A DNA stretch of 64,000 nucleotides from Lama glama (GCA_028534125.1 CM052817.1:57352001-57416000); one strand, 5' to 3'; counted from the stretch's first letter, positions 49,639-63,529 are shown. Notes: generated by a model from the letters alone, not told the origin. Translations and numbers: made by a program.

Positions 49639-51929
49639 TGTAGACTCATATATCTAGAATGATTCTCACGTGATATTTCAGTTTACCACTAGCCGTGTGC
49701 TGCCCACTTCCCTATATCCTCTCGATGAGGATATGAGATTTCAAACATTACAGCTCCAAAACACTGGTCCTGGAAGAGCTCTCTTGGACCACAATTTAAG
49801 ACCCACCCTGGTCTAGAAAGGAAAATTCCAGAGTATCCATTGCAAACTCAAGTTTACTCTCTGGAAAGTCTTTCTCGTTGTGACTGATGTCCTTTGGGCT
49901 GAAGCTAACACCTGTTTCCTCAACTTTAGATTTTAGAGGCAAAAAATCAGAAATAATTCTTGGCCCCCAAAGGACCTCCTAGATGATTGCTTCACACTTC
50001 CCATTTTAAAGATTAAAACACTGAGGACTAAGTGGAATGTGTAACCTGCTTATGGTGAGAATTGGTACCAAAACCCACTTAATCCTACCTGGCAGGCCAG
50101 CGCGCTTTCTGTTGCCCTAGCCATATCTTTGTCTCAGACACATACCAGCATCACCTGGTTGGTTCTTCATACAGTGCCTTCCACCCACTGATACAAGGTC
50201 TGTTAGACTTTACAAAACTTCTGAAGCATAAACTAAGTTATCAACATCAAAGACCCAAGACAGCAAAGCGATTTGCTGTCCTACTCCAAAGTAGGAGTGG
50301 TTCAGAGCAAGGGGAAAACTCTAAATGACCTCTCATTCTGTGTTGAGGACCTAGAACCTCCACTGGTTCCAGGCTCCATGCTCGGGTTTTGTTTTAAAAC
50401 CAGGGCCCCACAGGACCCACAGAACCAGGAGGATTTTCTTTTCACATCTATTCAAAACTGAAGCCCTGCCGCCATCAGGAAGCTCAAGTTCTTTGCTCAG
50501 CTTCTGCTTGTGTTTGGGCCAAGTGAAAATCCCTGGGTGGTGGTGGATGCTTCCAGCATCAAATGGTTTCTGCATAAAATCCAAGCATCTCTCCTGGCCT
50601 GATAGCAGGGTTACACCACACACCAAGAAGGATGTGACTGATACCAAATGTGATTTCAGAGACTCGGCCAGTCCAGACAACTTCTGATAAACATTTAAAC
50701 AGAGGTCAAGAATGTTTTCCTTTCTGAGGGGAAACTATGCAGTCTATGGTGTGAGTGGGAGGGAGTAGAGGGGAATAAATCTAAACATCTGCTTCCTCCT
50801 TCCATATTTCTTAAGCATTTTAGCAGCAGCCATTTTTAATACCCTGACAGGATTTCGTACTTAGGACCCATAAAGGGGAGAAGGCTAAAAAAGGAAGAGG
50901 GATGGGATCTATGAAGATGGGGCAGTTCCAAAGTGATTACCAAGCAGGTTTAAAACTAAGCTGGACATTGGGACCGGTTTCCCTGATTCCCACCCTGAGG
51001 TCAGGAGTGTTTCCAAACAGTATCCAGTCAAGGCACGATTTAAGTACCCCGGTTGGGATCCTCATTTCCTATGCTGACAAAAGCGGGAAGCTCTGCAGAG
51101 GGAGATGGGCGTTGACTTCCGGAGGAGGAAAGGTGAGGTGGACCCAATGGCACCCCTCAGCATCCTTAGCCCACCCGAGGAACTCTGGGAATGTTGGCCA
51201 GGGACAGAGAGGAGAGATTGAAGAGCAGAGAGCCAGCACAGATGTCCCCTTCACAGGGCAAAAGAAAGCAGCAAAGTTTTTGTGACTCAAAGCATTTTCA
51301 TTGGTTGTGCTGAACCAGTGTCTTGAGCACTTTCCAGCCCATTGGCTGTTTGGTTTGTCTCCTCGCGGGTGTGTGTTGGAGCGTAGGGGATGTGGTTAAA
51401 GTCTGGTGTTGTCTCCCCCAGTTCTAAATAAAAAGTAAGAAAAATGAATGTCACTCAGCAAGTGCCCTCTAAATGGCAAGAGGGGAATTCAGTATTGGAA
51501 GAAGAGACATTGATATTAACTTTAGTTAACATCATATATCTGAAATCAAGATGCTTTTGAATATGTCAACTTCAATTTTTTCTGCCATTACCCCTGTGGC
51601 TTGGAGCGCTGAGGACCAATGTAGGTAGAATGCAATTGTGACAATTTCTCTCTTGAATTTTAAACAGATGGTGAAATGATCTTGTTTTGAAGTCTTAAGT
51701 ATTCCCTTACTCAATTTTAGATATTCTTGCTTTTCTGAGAGTACCCTATTTTCAAAAGCTAGTCTTTAGAAAGCACATTCACATTCAGAAAGCACATTGT
51801 TGATTTGTTCATTCATGTAGTCATTCATTCATTTATTCATTCATTCAAGAGCCCTCCAGTCTCTCTAACGGGCTCTGCAGGGATGGAAACAGCCATGTCA
51901 ATGGGCCATTACTCAGAAAAGTGGGAATC

Positions 51930-52155
51930 GTGGTCAGGATGAAAGTTCTGGAGTTAAACCTGCCATAGAATCCTGGTCCTGCTACTGATAAGCTCTGTGC
52001 AAGTTATTTAACCTCTAAGAGTCTCCGATTTCTCATCTGTAAAATGGGGCTAATAAGCATAAACACCTCATTAGATTCTTGTGAGGATTACCTGAAATAA
52101 CATACAAAAGAGCCTGCACTGTGCCTGGCATGTAATAAGCTCAGTAAATGGTGGT
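51930..52155 (+). mobile_element. MIR SINE
   Basis: GCAAGTTATTTAACCTCT...TTTCTCATCTGTAAAATGGGG...GTGCCTGGCATGTAATAAGCTCAGTAAATG. Confidence 0.85.
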
Positions 52156-52172
52156 AGATGCGGCATTAGTGG

Positions 52173-52646
52173 TGTCGACTGAAATAAATGCGCAGCCTAA
52201 AAGTTGAGAGTTATGTTTTATTTGGCAGGAGGACTTGAGCTGGGATGACAGCCTCTCAGATCCCTCTGAGGGACTGCTCCGGAGAGGCAGGGGAGGAGCT
52301 AGGATATGTAGGAGCTTTACAACAAAGACCAGGTAGTTGGAACAATAAAAGATTACTTGTTACCTAAAGAAAACCAGGCATCTCAAGTTAAAGAATTGAG
52401 TGCTTTTCTATGTATGGGAGGAAGCAAATATTTGGGCTTATTCATTCCATTCCTTTGACAAGCACCTCGCTATCTAGGGCCAGTATCCTGACCTTTCTTA
52501 TTCCGAGTCTGCTCAGAGTGCACCGTTGTGGGTGGCTGCAGAGGCTGGGCTGCAGGCCCGTCCTCACTGGGGGGTGGCGGCAGCCGCTGATGACTTGGTT
52601 TCAGCATTCTTTGTTTACTGATATGGTTGCAGTATTTTCGTTCACA
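52173..52646 (-). mobile_element. Solo ERV1-type LTR (474 bp), possibly MER41-related
   Basis: TG...CA termini; perfect 4-bp TSD GTGG at 52169-52172 and 52647-52650; TTTATT (minus-strand AATAAA) near 52217. Confidence 0.88.
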
Positions 52647-54084
52647 GTGGTGATGGTAAGGGTAGAGTAATTTGTACTGTTAACTATTATTATTATTAGT
52701 GAAACAAATGTCACAAGAGTGAGAGAGCAAAGCAAAAGTGATAGATTTCAGCAGGGGAGAGATTGCAGGACAGGAGATACCTGGGAAGATTTCATGGAAG
52801 ACTTGCTGGCTTTCTTTCCCTTGAGCACCACTATTTTTTTCAATTACATCTTAGTGGAGAAACTGGGAAATTCCTTTCCCTTTGCATTCCATTTTCTATT
52901 ACATTCCTGAAGACTGAAGCTTTGGTATGGAATTCAGCATTTGCATTGACCTTGGAGTGCCAAGGTAATTATTCTGTCAATTATTTGACTTTTTAAAGTG
53001 TGCTTACCTTGAAGAACCTCTACAAAGGGGAACCCTGTTAATGTGTAACATGGAGATAAGCAAAGTGCTGTTCCTTCTTCCCTTTTTTTTTTTTTTCTGG
53101 CTGTTCAAGTGGAAAAGTGCAATCAGTTCTCTTTGCATCTCACCGAGCATGAATGGTGGGGAAGAAAAGGCTTTTACTAATGAAGTACAGCAGAATATGA
53201 TTTTAGCAACACAAAATGCGGTGAATTTATTAACTGCGATTTATTTTGGTTTTAAGGGGGAAAAAGGAAATTACGAGACAACATAATACTTTACTTGAAA
53301 AAGTGACAAGAAGACAGCAAAGAGGATACTCTCGAGTTGAAGCAAGTAGCTGTGTGCTTCTGTCCTAGAGGGAATGAGTGGTCCTTACTTGCATGGACAG
53401 CAAGGTCATTTTTCTCACCCTAAATAGAGGGTACTAATCACCTGTGCTAGAGACAACACAAGGGACAAGAAGAAATGAGCCACTGCAGCAGGAGACACTG
53501 AGAGATGAGCCGGAGGATCAGGGACCCTGTGGGCAGGAGCCAGCTCTGCCCAGATGGCAGCTGCCCGGCTAGCAGGGGTGGATGGTGGGGCTGGTCTCCT
53601 CAAGTCCTAACAACTTTGTTGGGAACTTTCCATTATTAGAGAAACCTCCTTGTCATCATCGAACTGCATTTCTGAAATGCCTGTCTGTGCTTAGGGCTCT
53701 GTGAGCTCAGGATTAGCCAGCCCTCCAGGGATGTGGTCTGCATCACAAAGAACAGAGGAACATGGTACAGAAAGTTTAAATAAAACAACAACAACAACAA
53801 CAAAAACTAAACCCACAAGTGAATGGGCAATGCATATTAATGCATATTTGTGTCACTGGCCCATCAAGAGTAAGGGTGTTCTGTGGGGAGGGACGAAGAG
53901 AAAAATTGATTAGGAATGAAGCTCTGGAGTTTAGACCTAGAAGATCTATGGTGAGGACTGAGGGGAAGAGACTGGAAGCAAACACTGGATCTTGTACCAC
54001 TTTTCCATCAGCTGCAGCAACTAGTGGTTGGCTTGTATGTTGGTTAGTTGATATGTCAAGGCAGAATTTTAGGTTACGTATAAG

Positions 54085-54270
54085 GTAGTATGGGATAATG
54101 GTTAGGAACCTGGGTTCTAGAACCAAATTGCCTGGTTTTGAATCCCAGCTCTACCATTTATAAACCTTGTGACTTTAGGCAAATCACTCAACTTTCCTGT
54201 GCCTCAATTTTCTCCTCTGTAAAATGGGAGATAGCCCTAACCTCACTGAGTTGTTGAGAGAGTTAAATTG
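54085..54270 (+). mobile_element. MIR SINE
   Basis: GAATCCCAGCTCTACCATTTA...GTGACTTTAGGCAAATCACTCAACTTTCCTGTGCCTCAATTTTCTCCTCTGTAAAATGGG. Confidence 0.85.
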
Positions 54271-54477
54271 CCACCCATCTGAATGCCCATGGTGAGCAGT
54301 GGGCATGTGGTGGGGAGCTGAGGGGCAGGACTGAGCTGAGAGGGGAAGCAGTTAACGTAGAATAGGATAACAGAGTAAGGTATTAGAAGGAACTATGAAA
54401 GTCATTTAGTCTATACTCCTCCATAACCAAGAAGACAAATCCTATCCCACTTTAAAATAATTATTTTGAAATCATAA

Positions 54478-54660
54478 ATAACAGTGACCATTTATTGAGT
54501 GCTCGCTGTGTGCCAGACAGCCTAGGAAGCCCTGTGCGTGCATCACAACAGTCCCAGGAGGCCTGAGTACTTATTGTCACCCCATTTTATAGATGAGAAA
54601 ATTGAGGCTCAAAATGTTAGGTAACTTATCCAACATCTCTTAGATCTGTCTGAATCCAGA
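54478..54660 (-). mobile_element. MIR SINE
   Basis: CATTTATTGAGTGCTCGCTGTGTGCCAGAC...CCCCATTTTATAGATGAGAAAATTGAGGCTC. Confidence 0.85.
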
Positions 54661-57600
54661 GGTGATGTTCACAACACAGCGGTTCCTTCCCCTTTGCTTT
54701 CCATTTTCTGTTACATTCCTGAAGATTAAAGCTTTGGGACAGAATTAGACCAAAGGCTGCATCTCAGCATTTGCATTGGACTTGGAGTGCCAGGGTCATT
54801 GTTCTATAAATTATTTAACTTTTTAAAGTGTACTTATCTTGAAGAACCTCTGCAAAGGGAGGACTGATTTATTGTGTTCTGTGGTCTCGCTGAAGCAAAT
54901 GTTGAATACCCATGAATACATGCCTTATTATGTTTTGTTCTGTATAAATCCAGGGCGTTGTATTTTGAGAAATACTTTAATTCCATTAATCTTGAGTAAA
55001 TAATTTCCCAGTGCTAGGTTAGCTATTGAAAAGGAATGATAATATTAAGTAATAAAAAATTTTCCTTCAGAATCAATACATCATTTGTTTGGATTTGATT
55101 GAAATTGTGACTAGAATGAAGAATTCATCTCTGACAGCTGTGCACCATTGCTCATCCACACACGATTGCATTTTATGCAAGTCTGTTTACTGTTAGAGTT
55201 CTTTAACTGCTGACAAACACCTTGTTACCTTGACCTGAAATATGTGATGTGTCTTTGATCTTAGTGCTTCCTTCTGGAGTTACTACAGTCAAGACTTCTC
55301 ATTCCCTGACATGGTATCCTTTCAGATGTTAGAAAAGATATTTAACAGGCTGTCCCCTACTCCAGGCTTCTCTTCTTTAAGCTAAGTACCCACATCGCCT
55401 TGTGTGTTGGTTTTCAGATTCCACACCAGTCTTTGATGGCTGGCTTCCACTCTTAACCTCTTGAACAAGACCCGGGGCTACAGGACTGGCTGGGTCAGTA
55501 CAGAGCACACTGGAGCCACGGTCTCACACAGATGCAGACTGAGATAACTGGTCTCCAGTCTCGTAGCCTCAGTGATGTCACGGTGGGTTCCTTGATTAAA
55601 TAATAAAGGCAAAGTAACAGGCAGGGGCCAAAAGAAGGATTTCCCAAAACTGTTTTTGGGTGGTCCATAGTGGAGGCTTCACGTCATTGCTATAGTTTGT
55701 ATTTCAGGTGAGAGTTCCTCACTGCATTGGTTCTAACAAAGAGATCCTTGCTATTCAGGATTTGTATAGACTGTTCCTAAGTTCCCAGGCACAAGTTCTA
55801 AAAATGGAGGGCTGGTCCTTCTTTTCATAATAAAGGACATTTGTAGCTATGTTTATCACAGATCCATGTTACAAATAGACAAGGATGTGTGGGGATTTAA
55901 AGTCAAATACTGGAATCATCAGGCGGCTCCTTTTTGATCCAGCGCCCGCACGGCTCTGCTTTGCGTCCGCCCTTTTTCTCAGATATGGAATTATTGGGCT
56001 TCACTTTTCCACTTGTCAGATTCTCTTCAGCTTTTTAACTGCTGTGTTGAACTCTTCTTTCCCTTAAAGGCATTTGGTTATTTTTTTTTAATGTTTTTGC
56101 TTCACTGAAGCTTAGTGTGCTTTTTATGGTTTTCTAGTTACCTTGCAGAAATCTCATTAGAAAAGCACTTTAATATATCACTTGGCAGCCAGACATCTGA
56201 CAGTGTTCTAGTTCATTAGTTAGGAAACCTCCCCAGGCTCGAAGGAACGGACATTCCTCGGTGAATTGGGAGGCTCTGATCACTCCTACAGGGGCCAGGA
56301 TTTATTTTAATGCATTTGGCGAGGAAGGGGAAGACCTGGCAAAATAAAAATAACACTGATTGAGAAAACAATGAGGCATTCTTGAAAAAAAAAATTGCCC
56401 TGAAGTTAATATTATTCTCCAGTATCTCCTGAGTCCTTTGAAGACAGAGCTCATTTTAGAAAATGGATCTCCTTTCATGGGCAAGAGGCTAGCTAAACAG
56501 CCTCACACCAGATCACAGATTACATTGAAATGATCCTAATGAGTTTAGACTTTTCAAAGCTATATTCATTTTACCATGAATAAATGGATTCAAGTCTTAT
56601 TCGTGGGTTTTTAATTTTCAACTTTGAATTTGCAAACTGTCAAATTCCTTCAAAGCTCTGGTGTGCAGAGAAGGCTCGGAGTAATAGGATTGCTTGATTT
56701 TTAAAGAAAGATGCCCTTTAGCAAAGCACAAGGCTTTGAAATGGAATCAGTCGAGGGTCCAACAGGCACGGATTTCCCCCACATGACACTGTTTCTTGTT
56801 GAGTTCCAACCAGATTTAATATTGCTTGTACAAAAATGCTACCCCGGGGCTTCTACTGCAATCAAAGTAGATAATGCTGTATTGTTTTAACACAGATGCT
56901 ACCAAATGAAGTATAATTTAAGTTCCTGAAGCCTGGCAATACTTGGATGCTGGTGCCTTTTTTTTTTAGGAGCTGTATCTTTTTTCTTTTAACTGAAAGA
57001 CTTGAAGCAGACTGTGTGAAAAAGGTGTTAAAAAAGATGGCTCAGTTATTAGAAGGGTATCAATAGGGAAGAACACAAGTGGTCATATGAAAGAAGGGCC
57101 TCCTCCAACTTCAAGAGATGAAGGGAAAGGAATGAAGCGCTTTGGCAAGAGTGACATGAAGCCCTGCAGTTAGGCTGGAGAGGAAGCCAGCGTCCCACGT
57201 AGTGAGAGACGTGGAGCCTGAGGTGCTTCTCTTTAGACTTTAGACTTGCTTGATTGACAGGCAGAATCCAGATGCCAGTGATGACTCACTTGCACCTTTT
57301 AAAACCTTCCGAGGCAGGTGGGAGAGAGGAAACGGAGGGGCAGAAACAAACAAACAAAAGGTTTAGTTCTGGGTGAGAGGCGTATTTTCCAAAGAGGAAA
57401 GCAAGGCAGGCAGTTTGGAGACTGGCTGCTCAGACCATGATCTGCCATGTGAGCTGCTGGCCCCGGGCAGGTTCCTAAATCCACCCCACTCACCCCACCA
57501 CTCCCGCCTCACTCCACTGCGTTTCCTCCCCTTGTGCATCAGGGGTCACAGGGGCCCCCAACCAACCCCACAGGACTGTGCCGAGGGTCAGGTAAGATTA

Positions 57601-60600
57601 CACACTTTAGGAAGTCCTCCACAAATGAGCAGTGATGGTGGGGAAGTGCGAGGCAGGGGTGGTGACTGTGGTGTACATCCCAGCTGACTTAGAGCCTGGC
57701 CACTTACTTCGTCGCCTGCAAGCTTATCAGTCTCCCTCAAAAGGCCCACCTTACTCTGACCCTCCTGATACAGAGACTAGTCATCTTGGGCAGTTCTGAG
57801 ACTTTCTTTGTAACCACCTCCCTTATGCAGCAAGAGTTCGCAGTCCACAGACAAAAGCTGTTCAAGACAAGTCCTCCTAAACAGACCCAAAGTTTTGAAA
57901 GCCAGTGTGGAGACCTGCTTTCCTGAGCACTCAGACATCCTCCACACCAAGTAGTCTGCCCTTTGTATCCATGGGTTTCACATCCACAGATACTAGGAGC
58001 CTACTGTGTTCATGGTACTACACCTTCAGCCCACGCTGTGCATACCGAGGGTGTACAGTTGGCACAATACCAGCATGGCTCCCATAGGCCTGCTATGATA
58101 TTGACTAAGGCCTGTCTCCTTGGCTAGGCTGAGGATGGGCATTGGGACTGTGGGCTGGCGGTGATGGCCCAGCATGTGCTGTTAAAGGATCCCCACCCAC
58201 TGAATGACCACCCAGGCAAAACCAAGGGAGGCTGTCTTACCTTGTGTGTGCTGGAACCCACCAGTGTGGGAGACCTGGCCCTGCTTGGTCTAAGCCTGAG
58301 TGATGAAGAACCTGGGACAGTGCCAGACTGAAAGCAGATGTTTGTTTGTCAGCACAAATGGAGGAGGGAAATAGGCCTGCGAGAACTCAGGGCCTCGGCA
58401 GGCCTCCTACTGGCCAGCCCTTCTCTGCTTACCCACGCAGAACTGGCCTGATTCGATGAGACGTGCGTGCACTCGGTGGCAGCTTGGAACACTGTAGTGC
58501 TGGACTAGAGGAGGCTTTCCAGAGGCTGTGGTGGAGGCACATGCGTTGTGAATTCCAAGCTAGCTTTTCATACCCCAGGTATATAAAACAGTGCCTTCAG
58601 TAGGTCCTGTAGTTGTGCATTGATGGGCACCACTTTTGGCTGAATTTCACTCATGCTGCACCTTGTACCAAATCACATACTTCGTCCAGCCAGGTTTCAT
58701 CACCGCCACATGCACAAGGACTGAGGGGCTCCGTTAACCAGATGAGCCTGGTGTTTTGGGAGCAGAAGGAATAGAACATAGTGTAAAAGGAACACGTGTA
58801 GGGAAAGCCTATCTGCAGGCAAATTGACCTTTTTAAATTAGCAGTTTTATTTCAATAAATTCTTTAATACATTGTATTGTACCGTTAACATCGATCCTCA
58901 AAATGGATCACATTTGCTTTTTAGGAAGAATTCATCTTAATCAAATAGAAAAATGCACTGAGGTCATTGGTCATTGTTCATTACCCCTCCCCCCAATTTG
59001 CGACCTGGCTTGAGTCATCTTAGACATCCAGAGAGAAGTGTTTTTATTTAAGCTTTTGGTGGTTCATTTGGCATATTTTTATTTGAGAATGATGATGGTC
59101 TCATGGAGGTTCAGGCCTGCAGTCAGAGATAGAGAACCTTCCGTCATTATAAACGTGGCCTGGGGTGCCCACCTCATTTGAACTAGAGCACAATGCAGAG
59201 TGATTTGGGTCTGAATTCTTAACTCCCACAGACGAATCTTTTTAAATGGTGTGCACTTTGTTCTGTCCCCCAAGGGATTCGTTAAATGTGATTTTTCAGC
59301 AGGAAATGTGCTTTCTTCGATTTGTTAGCCAAAATGGAAATGCACAGATAAACAGAATCTGTGTGATTATAATGAAATAATCTCACTTGGGGAGGGGAAG
59401 CGGACGGGACAGAGGAAACAAAGCTAAAAAATGGTCTCTTTAACATGAAATGAGTATCTCTTTGGTTTTCACTTTTATTTAAACCAGCCTCCTCTTTATA
59501 AAATTAATGTCTTAATAAGATAGCATTATCCAGTGAGTCTGATCAACATTTTGAAGAAAAAACCTCTTGCTCTGGGAAGACTTTAGAAGAAAGAAAATCT
59601 CACCTAAGATCCCTGTAGGAGATGTAAAGAGAACTGTTGGTGCCGAAGGCCCCTGATGGCGAACCTCCCATTTGTGTTTTGTTGTGAGGGACCACACACA
59701 ACCCAGAGAGAGAGAGAGATCTCAGGCATGGGAGGTTCCATGAGGCCAGCCTGTGGATCCTGCCCAGCTTCTGTTCATTTGCCTCTCAATTTTTCATTCC
59801 TCTCTTCCGCTCCCTCCAGCCCCGCAGACTGGGGCCCTCTAGACTCAGGGCCATTCGGGCTTCCACCCCAGTTTGAGTTTCCTTCCTGGGCAAGTCAGTG
59901 TGTCTTGATGGTGAAATTCTGTCCCGAAACAATACAAGGAGAGGATATAACAGGTTCCTTCATCCTGAGTCCTGGGAGCACGCCCAGAGGAAGGCCTGAG
60001 CATTGTGGGCCTGGTGGAAGCCCACCTGGGGGTCAGTCACCACCCTGGGGCCCCTCTCATGTCTGGGCAGAGGGCTCAGAACATTTCTGTAGACTTGGCC
60101 AGAAAGGCTTTCTCAGAGCTTTGGCTTTTCTCTCCCGTCCTTCAGAAGAGTTCTGCACCTGAGACTGGCAATGGAAAAGTTGGACAGAATTAGCTTTTAA
60201 TGTTTAAAAAAAAAGTTAGCAAATTGAAGACTGACTAAAGAGAAAGCATACTCCAGCTGCCAATCAGCTTTGACAGCATTAGTGTGTGTTCTAAATGTAA
60301 ACATAATTTGTCCCTTTCTCCTGGTCCTTGTAACACTCAAAGCTTCCTTCCTCTACCCTCCCTGCCTTTCACCAGTCCCACTCCTGATTTACTGCAGGGC
60401 AGTGCTAATGATGTACATGCATCGTGAAAATTCAGCCCTTCATGTGCCATTTCCTCTTTTTTGATATTTTCTTTCTCTCTTTGTGGAAAATGATGCAACA
60501 GAATCTTGCCATCTCTATCAATCATGTATCAGTTTATAGAATGTATTTCAGTCTTAGTTTTCTCTGCTGTTACTGACATATTGCTGGGCTCCTCCTATTG

Positions 60601-61085
60601 ACATTAGCTCATTGCTTATCTGAGTCTTCACTGGCTTCTGTTGTGCTCTGTTCTCTTGGTTATTGTGTCTGCAGGTCTTGGCTCTAAGGAAAATTAGATA
60701 GTGAACTGGTGATATCAGTCCCTTGATTGGAGTTTAGCTTTTCCAGTGTTCAGGTGTTTTTTTCATTTTTCAGCCTGCTTTTTTTTTGAAACCTCAACAT
60801 ATCTCCAGATCATGGATTCCCAAACTTCTTGGAATGCAACATCCTGTCCTTATGTTTGGTTTGTGTGAAATCCTACCTCCTTTCCCACCCTACCAATCCT
60901 TTAGGAAGAAGAGAGCATCATTTTTGTTTCTTAATGTAAAAACAAGTAAAACATTTTCTTAGTTTTGAAAGGGTCTGGTGATGATATGACACTCCATGGT
61001 GTGTTGGAAAAGGCACAGAATGTTGCCGAAAAGGAATCACTGCTGTGAATCTTAGGATGAGATAATTTTAATCTTACTATTTCCC

Positions 61086-61385
61086 TTTTTTTAAATTGAA
61101 ATCTACCCCCTTAACAAATTGTTACATACAGTATTGTTAGATATATGCACATTGTTGTACAGCAGATTTCTAGAACTTTTTTCATCTTGCATGAATGTTG
61201 AATGTCCCCATTCCCTGCTCCCCACCAGCCCCTGGCAACCACCTTTCTACTTTCTGCTTCTGTGAGTTGGACAGCTTTAGGTATCTCCTGTAAGTGGAAG
61301 CATGTGGTATTTAACTTTCTGTGACTGGCTTACCTCACTTAGCCTAGTGTCCTCAGAGTTCATCCGTGTTGTAGTATATGGCAGG
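61086..61385 (-). mobile_element. Old L1 3' end
   Basis: TTGTACAGCAGATTTCTAGAAC...CCCCTGGCAACCACC..TCTACTTTCTGCTTCTGTGAGTT...TAAGTGGAAGCATG. Confidence 0.85.
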
Positions 61386-61831
61386 TTAATCCCACCCACT
61401 ATTCCCTAAAGTGTAAATACAAGACTTTTAAGAAAATAAAAAGTGTCTTGTATTTTCTATAGGCTGTTTAAGATTACATATGCTCATAGTTAAGGCTTAT
61501 GTTTTGAGGACCCTGGGGAGATAAAAGGTCCAATTTGTTTTTATATAATGATGAAGTAACATTAAAGATTCTAGGATAGCATGTACAAAGAATAGTCTTT
61601 GAAAATATATATTATTCCAGTGATCTTCTTGGGTTTGAGCCATTATGACCCAATAAGTGTTCGTCCAGGAAGACTGTATAAATGTCGAGGGGTGGGGGTG
61701 GGGGTTGTCCTAATGGGGAAAGGACTTTCTGACAAGAACAGAACAAGCAAATTAAAAAAAACTCCTCCAAAAAAAGATGATTTTTAATTAAGGGACAACT
61801 CTAGTTGATAGTAGAGAAAGTTCAAAGATGT

Positions 61832-62340
61832 TGTATTAGTTATTTATTGCTACACAATAAATTAGTCCAAAACTTGCAGTCTAAGTAAAACAACAATGAG
61901 TATTTATTATCTCATACAGTCTCTGTGGGTCAGAAATTTGGGACTGGTTTATCTAGGTAGTTTTTGGCCTGGAGTCTCTCATGAGGTTGCAGTCAAGATG
62001 TCAGTGGAGACTAGAGTCGTCTGAAGGTTTGAGGCTGAAGGATCTGTTTCCAGACGACTCACTCACATGACTCTGTCATGAGGACTTAGTTCCTCATCAT
62101 GTGGACCTCTCCATTGGGCTGCTTGAGCATCCTGACGACCTGGCACCTGGCTCCTCCCAGAGCAAGTGATCTAAGAAAAAGCAAGAAGGAAGCTGCAATG
62201 CCTTTAATGACCTAGTGACCTAGTGTCAGAATTCACACATTGTCATTTCCATGCATTCTGTTCATTTAAAAGGGAGTCACTAAGTCTAGCCCACATTCAA
62301 GGGGAGCAGAATTAGCACCTAAAAAGGGAGGATTTGATAA
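61832..62340 (-). mobile_element. MaLR LTR (MLT1F/G-like)
   Basis: TGTATTAGTTATTTATTGCT...TATTATCTCATACAGTCTCTGTGGGTCAG...TCTCTCATGAGGTTGCAGTCAAGATGTC...GCCCACATTCAAGGGGAG. Confidence 0.82.
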
Positions 62341-63529
62341 GGGGTTGGGAGACCTGTGTAGCAGAGGGGATGAATAGGACCTGGACCAGATACTCTAGTG
62401 ACGCTGGGAGACAGAGAGAAAGAGAATGTGGGCACAAACTCACATCTGTGGCTGGCGTGGGGGCTGGTGCAGGGGTGGGGAGGGAGGGAGCCAGGGGAAC
62501 AACTGGCCAGCCAAAGCAGAGAAGTGATACAGATAAGAGCAGTGGCTTTGACCGTAAACAAGGGCAGACGCCCCAGGCCAGCCCAGGAGCTTGGCCACTC
62601 CTGGAGGGGGAAGTACCTTCTTCTGATACGACTTTCTCGTGCTACTGCTGAACTTGAACAGCGCCGTCAGGCCCTCTTCTCCACTTGAGATGCTTCTTCA
62701 GCTCAGCGAGGAGCTGGCTCCGACCCAGACTCCATGTAGGACGAGGGCTAACATCTTGGTGCTGTTTGCCTCTGCAGTTGCCCCTTTGAACGTGTCCATC
62801 TGTTGGCATTTTCAGAAATCCATGCTTTAAGAGTGAGCCCTGTTCTGTTTTCATCGTGGAGTTAGATTCCAGGGCCTCTGTGTTCTCCAAAGCCTCTTCC
62901 CGAAACTAAACTTCTGTTTACTTCCTAAATTGCCCTCTAACCTCCTTAGACTGAGTTGATTTGTCTTCGTGGAAGAATCAGTCTTGAACTCATCTCTTTG
63001 GCTCCAGCTTTCTTGGCAGAGAACACAGGAAGATCATATTTTGCTTATGTGTGTGTTCAGGGAGAATTTCTTTCTTTGTTTTTCTGTCTCAGCCACAACC
63101 CATGGGCAAGCCGGCACCTGGGACCTTGACAAGCCTCCATGCGTGTGTGAGTGCATGGGCTCAGGTCACATGGGGAGTCCTACCCAGTATCATTTGTCAT
63201 GTTCTCAAATTCCAGAGCAGCCGGCAGTTTCCCAAGTCCCAGTCTCAGGGAAGCTGGGGGAATTACTTTCCTGGAGCCAGCTTTATCTTATTGTCCCTGT
63301 TCCATTCATGCAAATTGGAAATACGCCCATAACTAAACTGTGTGCCGCCCCTCTGACAAGGAAAGGCTGCTGTTCAAGCTTAATGCTTTTGCTCAGCGCC
63401 TTTCTAATCTCTCAGCTTCACACTGTTTAAATGGCGGCCAGCTGAATGAGAACAGATCGTGTTTTTTCTGATGATTAATGACGTACAATGAATTCATATA
63501 GTCTAGTTCCATTTCTGCCCACATCCAGG

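Larger units (their letters stand above)
52871..54859. repeat. Dispersed direct duplication: 52871-53029 and 54683-54859
   Basis: Hand alignment gives about 19 mismatches in 159 aligned nt plus one 18-nt indel. Confidence 0.93.
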
